From Lytechinus pictus (Eukaryota), in NCBI RefSeq assembly GCF_037042905.1, contig NC_087251.1, positions 8,620,001-8,684,000 on the forward strand: a stretch of 64,000 nt of DNA. The letters are read 5' to 3'. Made by a program: the position numbers and the translations under genes. Below are positions 39,361 through 53,170 of this stretch, in pieces; position 1 is the stretch's first letter, and each line of letters begins with the position of its first letter. The notes below the pieces were generated by a model that was not told the DNA's origin, ran no database searches, and worked only from the letters and a program-made list of their open reading frames with translations.

Positions 39361-41001
39361 TTTCAAACACAAGCTTACATTTCCGTTCCTTTGCATAAAA
39401 TGCTTGTACTCCCTACATACATTTCCACACTATTTTTCAAGGAGTACATTATAAGCCATACTACTAAGTTCCTGGACACACAACAAAATTGATGTTTAGT
39501 TTGTAGCTATGAAGTAAAATAGGATGCGATTATTTTCTCTGGTTGGATCTCATCAAACACTTAAAATGGCGTCAGTCAAACCTTTCTCGTCAGGTGAGGG
39601 CGAGGGGCCAAGCCTTTTACCGCTCTCCTCTTTTCAACCTTTCATTCACAAATTCAATTTTGTTTCCGTCTTTTTCTTATAAAGGTGCGCTTATCCCCCA
39701 ATTAACCACTGCATTGCCCGAACGTGTAAGGTAATTAAGAACTCCATTCAAACACAACCGTGTTTTAATCTAAAGCTGATGTATTAAACGATTTTCTTGA
39801 ACGAGAGGGCAAAATAGTCTCTTTAATTATTCATCGCAGGTATTATCCCATCCCATCCCCCATCTTGGCTTGACATTATCCTTGAAGGGATTAAAACCGA
39901 TCGGATATGGATTAACATAAGCTTATTGAATGTGGTCAAGTTTAAGTTCACCTGAAACTCCCTACTAAGGAGAAAGTGAAAAGGAGAGAGATGAAGACAA
40001 TTGAAGCATTACTAAACCATGTATTGTACTCTCTCATCCTCATCACCATTTTGTAATTAACAGCGTGTGAACCAGAATAACAGACCAATAGAGAAATAGA
40101 TTAGCAGCAATGGCTTCTTTTGTCTCCCAAACTTTTTTAGTTCACTTTTGATACGCTATGTTGATGTGATTTGCAAGGAAGTGTTATTCTATTTGTCGGG
40201 TGATCAATGCTTGCTAATAAAAGAATACAAGTGGATGAGAGATTAAGAGAGAGTGCGATTAAGAAAAAAATGTTCACGGCAAAGTGTCGATTGTGAACCT
40301 GACCCACTTGTTTTCGTGTTTTTAATGCTTTCTTTATCTTTCATTCATCACGTTATCACAAGTTTTTAATCAGACCCTTCATACAGGATTAAAGCAAGGA
40401 GATATCACTCTCCTTGATTAAAGCTACTTGACACTTTGGATGAAACACGTGAGAAAGCTCGAGTACGATGCTAAGAAGATGTCACTTCGATCGTTTTTTA
40501 GAACCAGTATATTTTGATAGGATAAGCTTAGGTTATTCATTTCGTGTAATCACTCAATCAAGCTTGAAAGGAAAACTCTCAAATAACTTATTGAAGATGT
40601 TAATTCGGTATTGATAGCCAATTAAGCTGTCTAGAAAATGGAAGCACTTTTTTTTACTCTCACACATCTTCCATTAGCACGGACGAAAAAAAAAATTGCG
40701 TCTCACACATTTATTTTCATACACACCGATTTTTTTTTATATGACCTTATAAAATTACATTTGTTATTCGATAAACTGAATTGCATATACTTCTAATTTT
40801 GTAAAAGCTATTGGCCTTATCTTTGGAGTAGCATTTTTCTTTATTTGAGCTCTGAAGACCCTGAAGTGGCATCGTTTAAAAGAAGGCGACGATGAATTGG
40901 AACGATAAGGAAATGATATATTATGCTTAAAAATTTGATTGAATTTAATAGTCTGATGATAAAACATTCCTCAAACCTCACTTTTCTTTTGACAACAGAA
41001 G

Positions 41002-41640
41002 TTGATTGATTGATTGATTGATTTTATTCGTCAAGAATATCACAGGTGATTACAATAAAATTGAAGAATACCTTGACAGGATAGCCCACGAAAGCCGAAA
41101 GACTTATTTCCAATGGGTTCTATTGTTAGTATAAAACATTAAACATACATTACAACGACAAGTACTGGAATATGGTTAAAAAAATAAATATCCATCAGTC
41201 AAATAATTTGCAAATACCTGAAGCAAACAATAATCTACCTAATATAAAACAAGAATTATATTTTATCATACCCTACATTATCTACAATACTAAAAACCAA
41301 TTGTACAAAAATGTGTGAATTTTACTGGTAATACTGTTCTCGAGTAGATTCAGTTTTAGGTGCTTCTTTAATGCAATCTTAAAGTGAGGAAATTTTTAAC
41401 TGCTTTTACTTGATTAGGAAGAGAATTCCAAAATTGGATGCCATTAAAATAAAAAGTGTTCCCTATAGGTCTTTCACGTTTTGGTAATACAAAATTAAAA
41501 TTACTATTTCGAGTATCGTACCTATGAATATTTGATACACGGGTGAAATTATTTGCTATATAATGATCTAATGTATCCAAATATAATATCTTATGCACGT
41601 GGTGTAATACTAATTGTTTAGATCTTTGAGTTACTCTGTA
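41002..41640 (-). mobile_element. 5'-truncated LINE (L2/CR1-like) 3' fragment
   Basis: Minus ORF 41368-41598 (HRYDTRNS...TFYFNGIQFWNSLP) is an ORF2 C-terminus like that of the LINE at ~36130-36240; AATAAA and (CAAT)n tail at ~41002-41028. Confidence 0.75.
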
Positions 41641-42649
41641 TATTTCTGTAAATATCTATGATAGTTTTCTAATTCAGAATATTATCTTACGATTGCATGA
41701 TCACAGTGAAACTTGTTGACCGTTTTCGCATCTTCCATCATTTCGAGAAATAAAACAACAACAAAATAGCGAAATAACATGGATAAACAGTTGTCTTGAT
41801 CTGTTGTATCGAAGCGGAATATTGGGGGAAAGTCCAAAAGAGGGTAAAGTTTAGAAGTACTTTGGCTTGTTAGACATCTTGTCATTGACTGATTTCACCT
41901 GGCAACCATTAGAGAGAGAGCAATCCTCCCTTGAGATGATTGGTGCTTCGATTGTTTGCTAACCGTGTTCCTTTTGGTCCTAGCCGCCCTTATGAAACCC
42001 CACACCAAGATACTATATACATGGACCCAAAAAACCCAAAGCTGCCCGCTGAGTTAAAGGATAGGACTCATCAGAAAGTTTTAGAAACCAATGAACAAAA
42101 AAATTGTAACTTTCGAATCATCCCTGACGTGGAACCATTCCCTATTAAGATCATATGTCCGGTCTAAGAGATGGAATATTGCTTTTTTAATTAAATCAAA
42201 TTAGAAATAAACTTTCAAAAACAATTAGGGTTAACGTTTCATCTATCATCCATGTTATATACATGACGTCCGTACTCGAACTGTTAAGACTGAGTCGGAG
42301 GTGACATCAGTGATGAAAGAGTAGGCATAAGTGTGAATATAAGTTTCAGTTTAAGTATAAGCAGGTATAAGTATAAGTAGGCCAATAACTATACTTTTAG
42401 GTATAAACAAGTAAATAATAAGTGTTTAAGTAAATTATAAGTTGAAGTAAATTTAAGTACATAAAATTAGGTACAAATATGGGGACAAATTCCTTTAGAT
42501 ATATTTTCCGAACTAACATTTCCTCTTGTTTCAACTTGTGTTCTAACGTAATATTTCAAATCAAGCAGTTGTAAAATGCAATTGTCATTTTAAAAGTATG
42601 GTACAAATATTATTGTTATTGTTATTATTATAATTATCAATAGTATTAT

Positions 42650-42712
42650 TAGAAGTAGTAGTAGTAGTAGTAGTAGTATAAGTAGTAATAGAAGTAGAAG
42701 TGGTAGTAGTAA

Positions 42713-42750
<38 letters not shown>
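42650..42750. repeat. (TAG)n microsatellite
   Basis: Run of AGT triplets. Confidence 0.9.
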
Positions 42751-45299
42751 AGTAGATATCTGAATATACGAGAAGTATCGTCAATAATTATAAGCAGTTG
42801 TAGTAGTATAGTTAAAGACAAGATGAAAACAAACTATAAATTTTAACTAGTATCATAATTGAATGATTTTTCAAAATTGCATTAAGCAAATGGTCACAAA
42901 CACTTGCGTGTGACCAGTAACACTTTTACTTAAATATATAACTTATAATAACCACTTACAATAATTGATGATTGTTGTAATAAATCAGAGTTACAATATT
43001 GGAAACTTTGTTCATGTGCAATGGATATTGTATCAAAACTGTTAATGATAAAGTTTACTTGAATATCAACTGGAATCGACTGAACTATTTTTTTAAAGTA
43101 ATAATTACATGTTGCTTTACAAAAAATATCTATTCTCGAATGACTAACAAGTTGCTATTATGTTTCTTTATTAAGTATGTATACCATTCTTGAAATTACT
43201 TATTGTAAAAACTCTAAATGAGAGACATATATTGTTAGAATAAGATGAAGACCACCGTGTTCACATGTTTTTTAACGATTTTTTTAGATGTAAAATATGG
43301 GGTCCTTTCACCATTGTCTATCGACAAAAAAAAAGAGAAAATAAAACCCAGCAGAAAATATGTCTTCGGAAATACATCCACGGATCCAATCGCGCTGTTT
43401 TTAGCTTCTGACAATCCGATAAGTTGGGAATTTTCCGGGTTAGACCTTTAATCCTTCTCCAGAGAAATCACTTTTCCTCGCCGCCTTAGAAGAGAACAAC
43501 TCGATCAGATCCCTCTAAAATTGGGAAATCCTGTATCGCTTACAGTAAATAAAAGCTGGCAGAGTTGAAGAAAGGACTTGGATTTGAAGAACATCAATAA
43601 GATATAAGTTTCAAAATAAAAATCGCGTGCGATAATGTTTTCTTCTGCTATACGCAGTTGTGTATTCGAAGGAGTAACCAGGGACAAAAAAAAACTTTAC
43701 CACATTGAGAACATTGCATACATTTCGCTCTTTCCATCCATTGTCAGTGGTGTGCAAACATAAAGATACTTCCCAAAATGGTCGATGTATTAGTGTAAAA
43801 TATGAATAGTTTTTAATGACTCCTCATAAGGATAGTAAAATTCAAATTGACAAAGAATTTGAATTAAATGCATGTTAAGTACATAATATACATGATAATA
43901 ATTCCAAGAATGAACTAATCAATAAAGTTTTTTTTAATCATTTTTTTATGTTTTAAAGTGTTGGTATAGATCTGCAAAAGTAGTGCATAGGATGTCATTT
44001 ACTATATATATAGGCTACATCGCACAATGATACCTTGAGAAAAATCAACTAAGTTTAAATATGAATGTTGTAATCAGAATGAAATCACCAAAATAGCCGT
44101 AAAAAAACAGATTAATATGCAACAAATTTATATTCAGTAGACAGGTAGAGGATTCGTTAGTTCATATCATCATGACATCAAATCGGCGGCAAATCGAATC
44201 GATGTCTCTGACAAATGTAATTATTACAGTACTCTAACATCATGAACATATTTTTGCCCACCCCAGCACACGACACGGCGAACCGTTTCCCAAAGAACTA
44301 TGCCGTCCATCGTTGAATGATGCATGTTTTTCTTGAATTTTATCTCCAATTACCAACAGATTGACGTACACACTGCGGGAGGCACAGAAATATGAAATAT
44401 CAACATCACCAAATATTCTTCTTAAATTTCTTCCATATTATTCATGGTTGTTAAAAACGGTGGTGACTTTTTTATTGAAATAAATCCTCTAGATATACGA
44501 CACGGCATGAAGATGGCTAATTGTTCAAAGAAATGTGATATTCAAAAAGACACAATGTCTTAATACAACATTGGTCTGTTTTAAGCATCATTATTACATT
44601 AAAAATGTCTTTATTTACCTTTATAATCTGAAACTTATGTTTACAAAAGAGCTGATTTTCCAAGCAAAATTACTGTAAATAATCGACAAACCCTTTTTTT
44701 TCTGTCGTACGCCCGTGTTTGGGTCTTTTCATGGTTCTTTGGAGCTTGTTTACTGTAAATATCTCACTTTTCTTTCCAATAAAATATATCGACAAACTTG
44801 TTTCTTTAAAAATTAGTGCAAACAACTTTCCACTTCATCTGACAAAGGTGAAATTCGATTGAAAAACGAATATGTCGGAAAGTGATGAAAAGAAATAATC
44901 TTTTGGTGTAAAGTTTTATCGATACGGATTTGCATTATTTTCTCGTTCACTTTTTGCCGTTGGCTCTAGAAAAAGTGTCGATTCGCCAAAATATTTGATA
45001 AACATCGAATACATCGATATACTCCTAGAAAAGAAAAGCAGCGGTATTTTGCCTCGAGCAAAACTTTCCAACTGAGACCACAGTCGTTATTTTTTTTTCT
45101 TTTCGCGCTCTCTCTTCCGACACTTTCTCTCAAATCGAGTAATCCTATTGTTATCTTTCTTGTTTTGTCTATCACCAAACAACAAAATGTTGTAAACTGA
45201 TTCCTCTTCACATTTAAAATAAAACAACGACAATATATTTCTTCATAAAACTGTATCAATATATTAGCCAGAATTTACAATAAAAACATTGATAACGCC

Positions 45300-45512
45300 A
45301 AATCGTAAAACCAATTCTTGGGTAGAAAGGGAACATGCATGTTTGCTGGTTTTTTTTTTACCTCATATTGGGCTAAATGCATATTTTAAGGGTAAATTTT
45401 AACGCAACATTGCGTAAAATTTACAAAATATTTGGTATATTTTTACCCAACCAACATGCATGTTCTCATTTTACCCAATATCCCAATATTGGGCAAACTT
45501 TTTTTTAGAGCA
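45300..45512. mobile_element. Degenerate palindromic EnSpm-type MITE
   Basis: Inverted TTGGGTAGAAAGGGAACATGCATGTT / AACATGCATGTTCTCATTTTACCCAA; right end TTTTTTAGAG. Confidence 0.4.
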
Positions 45513-48500
45513 TGTAGAGTGAAAGGAGTTCAGTGCATAAAACAAAAATACTTATTACAAACTTTGTGTTATCATATAATTATACCTATAGGCTATACAA
45601 AATCTTACATTTCTGACTATATATCAAAATATAATTTGATACATCAAAGCCTTAAAAAATATGAAATTGTGTATGTAATGACTTATACTCTTCTTCTAAA
45701 CGAAATTATAATCAGGTTTATTATGATCCTTTATCGTAAATATAAGTTTTATTGATTATAACCGTCGTAATTATAAAATATGACAGATATTATGATTTTC
45801 ATTTCACACCATGGACCTTTTATTCGTTTTACACGGTCTTTATATTTGACAGCTTTTAGATCATCATAGTGTTCAACAATCTACTTGCATCTAGCATGCT
45901 TTAACTTTTTAATGTGAACCAGCCCATTTTATGGCCATCTTCTTCATCTTGGAAATTAGGAAATATTTTCAGATGTCTACCTTGTTGTCTGATCCGACAT
46001 GAAACAATCAATGCCCTATAGCATTCCATACATTCCATCGTTTCAAACTAGGTATAACAACATTCAATAGTTGATCGATATTACATGTAACTGAACAATA
46101 GAGAATAATGGATGGGTGAAAATCATGCCCGCTAGAGGGGATGGGATTTCTTCACTAGGATTGCCCCCGGCCATATATAGATTTCCTGGAGGCGAAGTTG
46201 GCGTAAACAAGTCTTTGTTCGCCAACCAATTTTATTGATGAGGGATATGGATGGTAATAGCATCTTAGAACATCCCCTAGACCCAGCTCCAAAATTTCAA
46301 CATAGAATAAAAAAATTATGAGTAACTAAACAAGGTTATTCCTGACACTCGCGTTATAGATGAGGGCCTTGGGAAAAACCCGAGACACCCCCCCCCCAAA
46401 AAAAATGAAACAATGAAAAATGAGAAATATGAGAAAATAATGGAAAGGAAATTAAAAAGTACGAATTGTGATAACATTTTTCTTGTCAAAATCTATCATT
46501 TCAAAAAGATTATAATTTTTGCTCACTCGCTGCCCCATATGCAGTGTTTGAACCCCCCAAATCTTTGGCTCATTTCACCACCGGTTGCAATAGATTAGGG
46601 ACCAACATCTAAATAGAAAAACTAATATGCTTAATAAAATATGTATAATCCCGTTAAAACGAAAGGGCATTTTCCAAGTAGATGATGTATTTTAGTGTAG
46701 TGCCTAAAACATTGATTAAAAAGGTTCTTTTTTCGATAATTGTATTTTCCTGAAAACATTTTCAAGATATATTTGCTGTTTCTAGCACTCATCTCTTCAA
46801 ATTTCATACAATTTCAATTTCTTTAAAATCAACATAGACTTTTATAATGTAATCCATTCCCTAAAGCCTATGAGTTTTGTTAAATCTAAAGATGATTTAA
46901 TGTCAGACATTAAATAATGATAATAAAAAATGGAACGCTAAATCTGTTCAACTGGAAATTCAAATTTTCACAAAAAATCAATGGAATATGGAAAGAAAAA
47001 TAATGTAAATGACCAAATGACCGAAGATTAAAATGATAATGATATTCCAACATAATTTACAATATCTTCGCCAAAGATTTAGATAAATAAGCCTATACGA
47101 TTGTCGTAAGTGGAGTCTGGTGGACCTCTCCATTTACGTACAGCTAAATATTGGAAGTAGATTTACAGAATAACAAAAACAACAAAATTTTCCCCTTAGC
47201 TTATTACTATTATCAACATTCAGAACATGCATCAATTCCACCAAACGAATGAATAATCTTTCTTTGATACAAAGTTCATGTATTTATCAACCATTATATT
47301 TGATTTGGTTATAAAGGCATTGATTTCTATTATGTCTTGAAACAAACAAAAATTTCGGTATAAATCAAACTATATTTTATATTCTTACTTCCTACCATCA
47401 ATAGCTTCCTGGATTTATATTTCGATAAGTATTCATTTATTGGTAGTATACTGTCACGGTGGTATCTTCTAAATGTTTGTTTTTTATCGCGTTCTTTCCT
47501 TATCTCACATTGGATTCATTGCACAGGTAATGATTTATTTTGAGAATATTCGGTGACAAGTTTACCCTAGCGGTGAAATAACCACCATTCCATTCTGTTT
47601 TCACACCTATGAAAATAGGCTATCCTCTGGACGAAGCCTTTCTATATCACTCTCAAAAGGGTATGGGTAAGAGAGGAACACCTCAAGCGCCGAAACTAAA
47701 CAAGCTCTAAGAATTACTGTTCAGTCAGTACCTCATTGCCTCATGCAGACATTCTCATAAAAGTATAGATGGAATACATTTATAATTTACTACAGTGCAA
47801 AACATTTTTAAATATAAAAAAGGAGAGATCGAACCCTCAACCCTTAACCACCACCATCACCACCACCTGTAGGGAATGTCCAAATCAATTAAAAGTAGCG
47901 CACCCGTCTATAGCAACACCTTCCCGACCCCCGCCCGCTGGGTATCCATTCCCTCCGGTGGTTTGGCGTCTCAGATGTCTACCACTTATATCACGTGATC
48001 ATATGATAGGCATATGGCGCCGTCTGTCAAACGGACGACAAAGGCACGCCGCACTTAAACATGTTTTGAGTAGAAACATGCATCAGATTTGATCCTCAGA
48101 AGGAGATGGGTTCATTCTCGAATCCAGGTGTGACCAATGTTTACACTCATCGTAGGGTTGGATGTGTTTTGGTAACCTTCCCAAGCGGCATTCGCGTGAG
48201 GCTCTCCGCCGAGATTTCCGGGTCGGGCTACCCTCAAACTCGCACCTAATCGGTCAGCTCTCACCTGGTCACCCATTGAGTGAATGGTGGAAACTGGAAG
48301 ACATTGAGAGATAAGTGTACCCACTGCTGTGAAGCATTTGTTTGTTCAATAACAGAGCAGAAAATGCTACTGAAAAGGATGGTTAAGACTTTTGAATAAT
48401 AGGAATCAACATTATATAGTCATGAAAAACAAAGAGGTAACATAAGAGCTCTGTTGTCATGCAATAAATACTTATAGGAATCCTATTTGCTCCTTGATAA

Positions 48501-51500
48501 ATTTGACGCTGATCTCAACCACTTATTATGAAATCCTGTAACATGAGTCTAAAAAAAGTTAGTAAGAGACCTCTCTGATAACGACGATGATGATATTATT
48601 AACATGATTAATACAAGTCATACTTCTGCTAGCTTAAACCACCACCACCACTAACAACAACATGTATCTTCCTCTTCTTCTTATAATGATGAATTCAACA
48701 TTCTGATGTAAAGCACATTAAAATTTTATAAAGTTTTGTTTAGTACAACTGGAAATCATCACCATCACACTAAACATACACACAAAGAACCATGCAGCTG
48801 AGTTATGTCTTAGTTATCCTCGCAAGTACTGATGAATAAAAAAAAATGATCGCTTATTAATATGAGGACGGCACATTGTGTTTTGATGAAAAGTGAATGA
48901 GATAATAGTTTCCTGGGGAAAAGTAAATAATTCAAAACATAAATTGATTTCATAGCAGGGAATCTCGTATATCTCACTGAACTTCTGCTCATCACTTAGC
49001 GATGATGTGTATCAAGCTGTGTTAAATATTTGAAAGCTTTTTCGACGTTTACTGGGCCATGTTGATGGTTTAATTGCTTTGTTTATATTTCTATGAATTT
49101 GGCGGGAAGTTATTCACAAAGATGCAAGGTTTTATTTCTAATTCTGTTTGGCGGCAATAGTGTCTCCTCAGTGAAAGTCGATCGCTATTGTACCAATTCA
49201 CTTTTATGATATTCCAAGAACGAATTATTATCAATTCGTATTTTGGATCTATTAAAATTATAGATTTTTGTTTCTATTTATTTCAATAACATTGTGCAAC
49301 GATTTTTTTTTGCCATGCACTGATAATATAGTAAGTATCCTGAACAACGGCGTTATGTATGGTGATGAGTTCACAGTCAGGAGAATATTCGAACAAAACG
49401 AATCTAGATCACCAATAAGATTATCATGTATAGGGCCAAACCAATCGGCTCATATTAACCATTTGTATAATGCTCTTCTGTACCAGAAGGGTAAAAGCGA
49501 TTTCAAAAGAATAGACGTAATCGGAAAATCGTTTTGTTCCAGACTTCTGTCACGCATCTCTTATCCTCCATCATTACTCTTCAAGTTTCTATTGTTCCTC
49601 TGTACTATCCTCTCATCCTTACTACTCCACCACACCGAACAGATTTTGTGATCGATGTTTCTCTTTGTTTTTCCTTGTTTCTCAAACACAACCACCACCA
49701 GTCCTATCCCAGATTTACCTCTACTCTTCCCTCTCCAAATAATTCCTTATATCTTTTCGCTTTGTTACCTAACACAGCTCCTGCTATTTAGAAAGCTTAC
49801 CATTGTAGCTTTCAAGGATTTGCTGAAGTTTGCTCTACGCAACGGTTCTCCATGAATACCCGAGCTCGTTATTAGCTCTTACATATTTTGTAGGATTGGT
49901 AGCAGGTGACAAATACATGCAAATCGGATAGATTTTAGATTTGGAGGGATGAGAACAGATGGATTACGAAGATGAGCAACCAAATGCTAAAGCAAAGCTT
50001 CTTAAAATCAGTGTAAAACATTGTAAGTCGACCGTGATTATAAATCATTCCTTTCATTGTATGATTAACAAATAAAGATAAAGAAGAGTACACCGATACA
50101 ATGCATTATGGGGTATTTCAAGAAAAATTAAAGAACGAAAAAAGCGGGAAAATGAGGGGCTGCTTAATTTTGTTCTTATTTCGTATAATGTATTGTTAGT
50201 TTCACAGAAATTTGCGCCATCTAAAACGTGGGAAAAGTCTATGATGTGCGTGATATTGCTTAATTGCGTGCAAAACATAATTTGATCACAAACTCATAAA
50301 GTCATTATGAAGAATATGTTTTGATTTTCTGAATAATATTTCGAATCATCCTGGTGATGTTGCAGGCAGGCAATCACTTTGGGTATTCCAAGAATAAAAA
50401 AAAGGTTCTTATGTCACAAACATGATTTATAATTATACTCCCTATAAATATTTCGACGTTATTATTGTCCCATCAGAGTGATGTAGCGAGTTTTATTGGT
50501 CAGACTGAAATTCGCTTGTTGGTCTAGTCATGATTTACATTTGCATATTTATTAATGAAATAAAACACGAAACATTATCTAGTTTCATCAATGTCATCAG
50601 AACAAAATCGACAAATTGGTTACAAACATTGTAAATGGAATCAGGCAGTGAAATACAGCATGCCTATATGGTGCTATCACGTGCGATTGGCAAAAGTAAC
50701 ACATTAAGTATTGAATTAGGGTATGATACACATAATTGCAAACTATAAAAAAATAGAGTAGAGTAAACTTAAGTACCTATACCATTTTTGTAGTTTGTGC
50801 TGACTGACATTTTTCAACTATCTGTTTGTAAATGTTAGCAAAGACGTCATAATGACGCCATTTCAGTTGAAATTGACACACTCATTGCGCTAGGGAGGGT
50901 GAACCATATACGTTTGTACACAATAAACCTAGTTTGCTCACCGTTATTGTCCTATAACTTGGTGAAAAAAATAACTCAGGTTTCCTGGAAATATTTTTAT
51001 TTGAGTGCACGTACACCTATGTAGATGAAGAAAACTTTGAAGAATTAGAATGTGTCTTATTAAAATAAATATATATATCGATGTGAACAGGGGATTACAC
51101 AACGATTCTAATTTAAAACAACAAAACAGATATTCACTGTTCATTGGGATCGATGATACAGTTCAATACAATTCCATATTACAAATAAAGTGGAAATGTG
51201 TAGAGTATATCACGTGTTATAGCTATAACCTCACTCAATTTTTACATTATTGTCAATTACTGTCACACGCCATAAGTACATTAAAATAGAATCATATGAA
51301 AAAAAAAATAATTTTGTAGATGTTTTAGAAATAAACATTTTCTATTTTGTAACTAATGTGACCAATATAAAACAACATAGAAAAGAGCATATAAGGGTAT
51401 GGGTTTATTACTCATCAAACAAAAAGCGGGTTTTGATAATTTTGTGTCAGTTATAACCACGGATCATGATTGGTTTTGTTTTTAATGGAGCCAATGATTT

Positions 51501-52489
51501 CATACTTAACCTTCTAAAGGGTTAACGGGAAATGATTCGTCTTCATTTCCTTTACGGCCTGATTTTCCCTTCATTTATAGCTTCCCCGTCCCCCTTTTCT
51601 CTTATCTTCCCATCCCCTTCCCGTACCACTCATTAACCTTCTTTTGTTCTAGAAAACGTTTCCCCTCTCATCACGACTTCCCGTCTACTCTTATCATTTT
51701 CATGTCTCTGCTATCACTCGTAAATGTCATATAAGCGTGAAATTAAGCAGATTTGTTACCTAAATAATAATAGTTATCCGTTACTCGTCTAGGAAGGGAC
51801 ACGTTCTGTTTATTGGTCTCCTTTTTGCATGTCACTGAACTCGTCTATAGACAGGGAGAGGAGACTCCTTATTGTTGGTATTGCTTTAGGGTTGGCTCTC
51901 ATGGATAAATGTGTTATAATTACCTCGCGTTTGAGTTTTTCCACTTTTCATATTTTGGGAATGTTTGCTTTTGTAATTTTCAGACTTTTTAGCAATATCT
52001 TTCAAATTCCACTCGCAAAAGAAATTAAACATATAACTGTTAAAGTTCTTATTCATGTACATTTCTTTCAAGTCAAATCATGTGGATGTGTGTAATCATT
52101 ATAAAACAATGGATGATTAATTACTAAACTTAGTAATCTGTAGAATCAACATACTTGCGAGATCATTTTCTAGACACTGATACTAAAAAGGTAATCTTCT
52201 ACTTTATGAATGATATAAAAACAAAGTTTTCCTCTCCCTTCACAATGACATAAAGTTCTATATACTCCATAATTTGTTTTTAATTCGACATATATTTTAC
52301 AATAAATTATTATCATGCATATATTTTCAATATGTAAAATATTTAGAGTAAGTAAGACCGAAGGGAGAAGTCAAAATGTCTATCACCCCTCTTTAATGAG
52401 ATAGATGACTGACAGGGATCGCGGCAAACCATCTCGTAGCGCAACCAACATTTATTGCCGTTTTCCGCCTCGCTCTTATATCAAGTGTT

Positions 52490-53170
52490 TGTATTGGACC
52501 AATAGCGTATCATTTTCAAGTAAAGGTGATCCTCGTCGCTTTCTAAAAACCGAGACATTTTCCTCAAAATACTGGCTAATTCATTCAGTATATTTAGCCT
52601 GACTATCGACTGCGTGTCCAGGGTTTCGTTTCTGACGTGAGAATTACCAGAAATTTAGGCCGTTGGCGGTAAACGATTGTCTTGCTCGAGTCGCCCGGAG
52701 GCGAACGATGCCGGGGATAATACGCAGACGACACCGCTCGACACTCGGCTATAAGAGCTATTAATATGGGAAGTGTTAATCACCTCTCCAGAAAGGGCGC
52801 GAAAACGTGAAAGGCCCCAAGTCATCGATAGTCGCTCCTTCTTCATATTGCTGAATGAAATACGTTGACTATATCGACAAGGCAATAAAATACATATCGC
52901 GAAATGGGATGAATGTTTGAATTGAAACATTAAGATGCATGCTGATTGCCGTTGGGTTTCGAAATGATGAAGAAACCGCGAAATGAACTAAGAGTGTGTG
53001 GAAATGGACTCTGACGGCGGCGCTGCGGTCTTCCAAGGCTTGTGGTGCATGATCTAGCGATCTTTTCTGTGAAAGTGTCGAGTCAACACTCGATTTACAT
53101 CTGTAATTATGCCGGGAGTGAAATGATACGGGCCCTTAACCCCAATATGTGAGAGTAATAGAGGGTAAGC
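52490..53170 (+). promoter_or_regulatory. Putative promoter and CpG-rich non-coding first exon
   Basis: ATTGGACCAAT (52493-52503), Inr-like TCAGT (~52584), CpG-rich stretch with only short ORFs, donor-like GG|GTAAGC (~53165); direction uncertain. Confidence 0.3.

Noticed and set aside
42585..42821. Poly-Thr and poly-Leu ORFs
   Set aside because: (TAG)n microsatellite.
48100..48340. RNase P/MRP, 7SK, SRP or telomerase RNA
   Set aside because: Only isolated fragments resemble them; conserved motifs (CR-I/CR-V pair, twin GATC, helix 8, CTAACCCTAA template) are missing or out of order.
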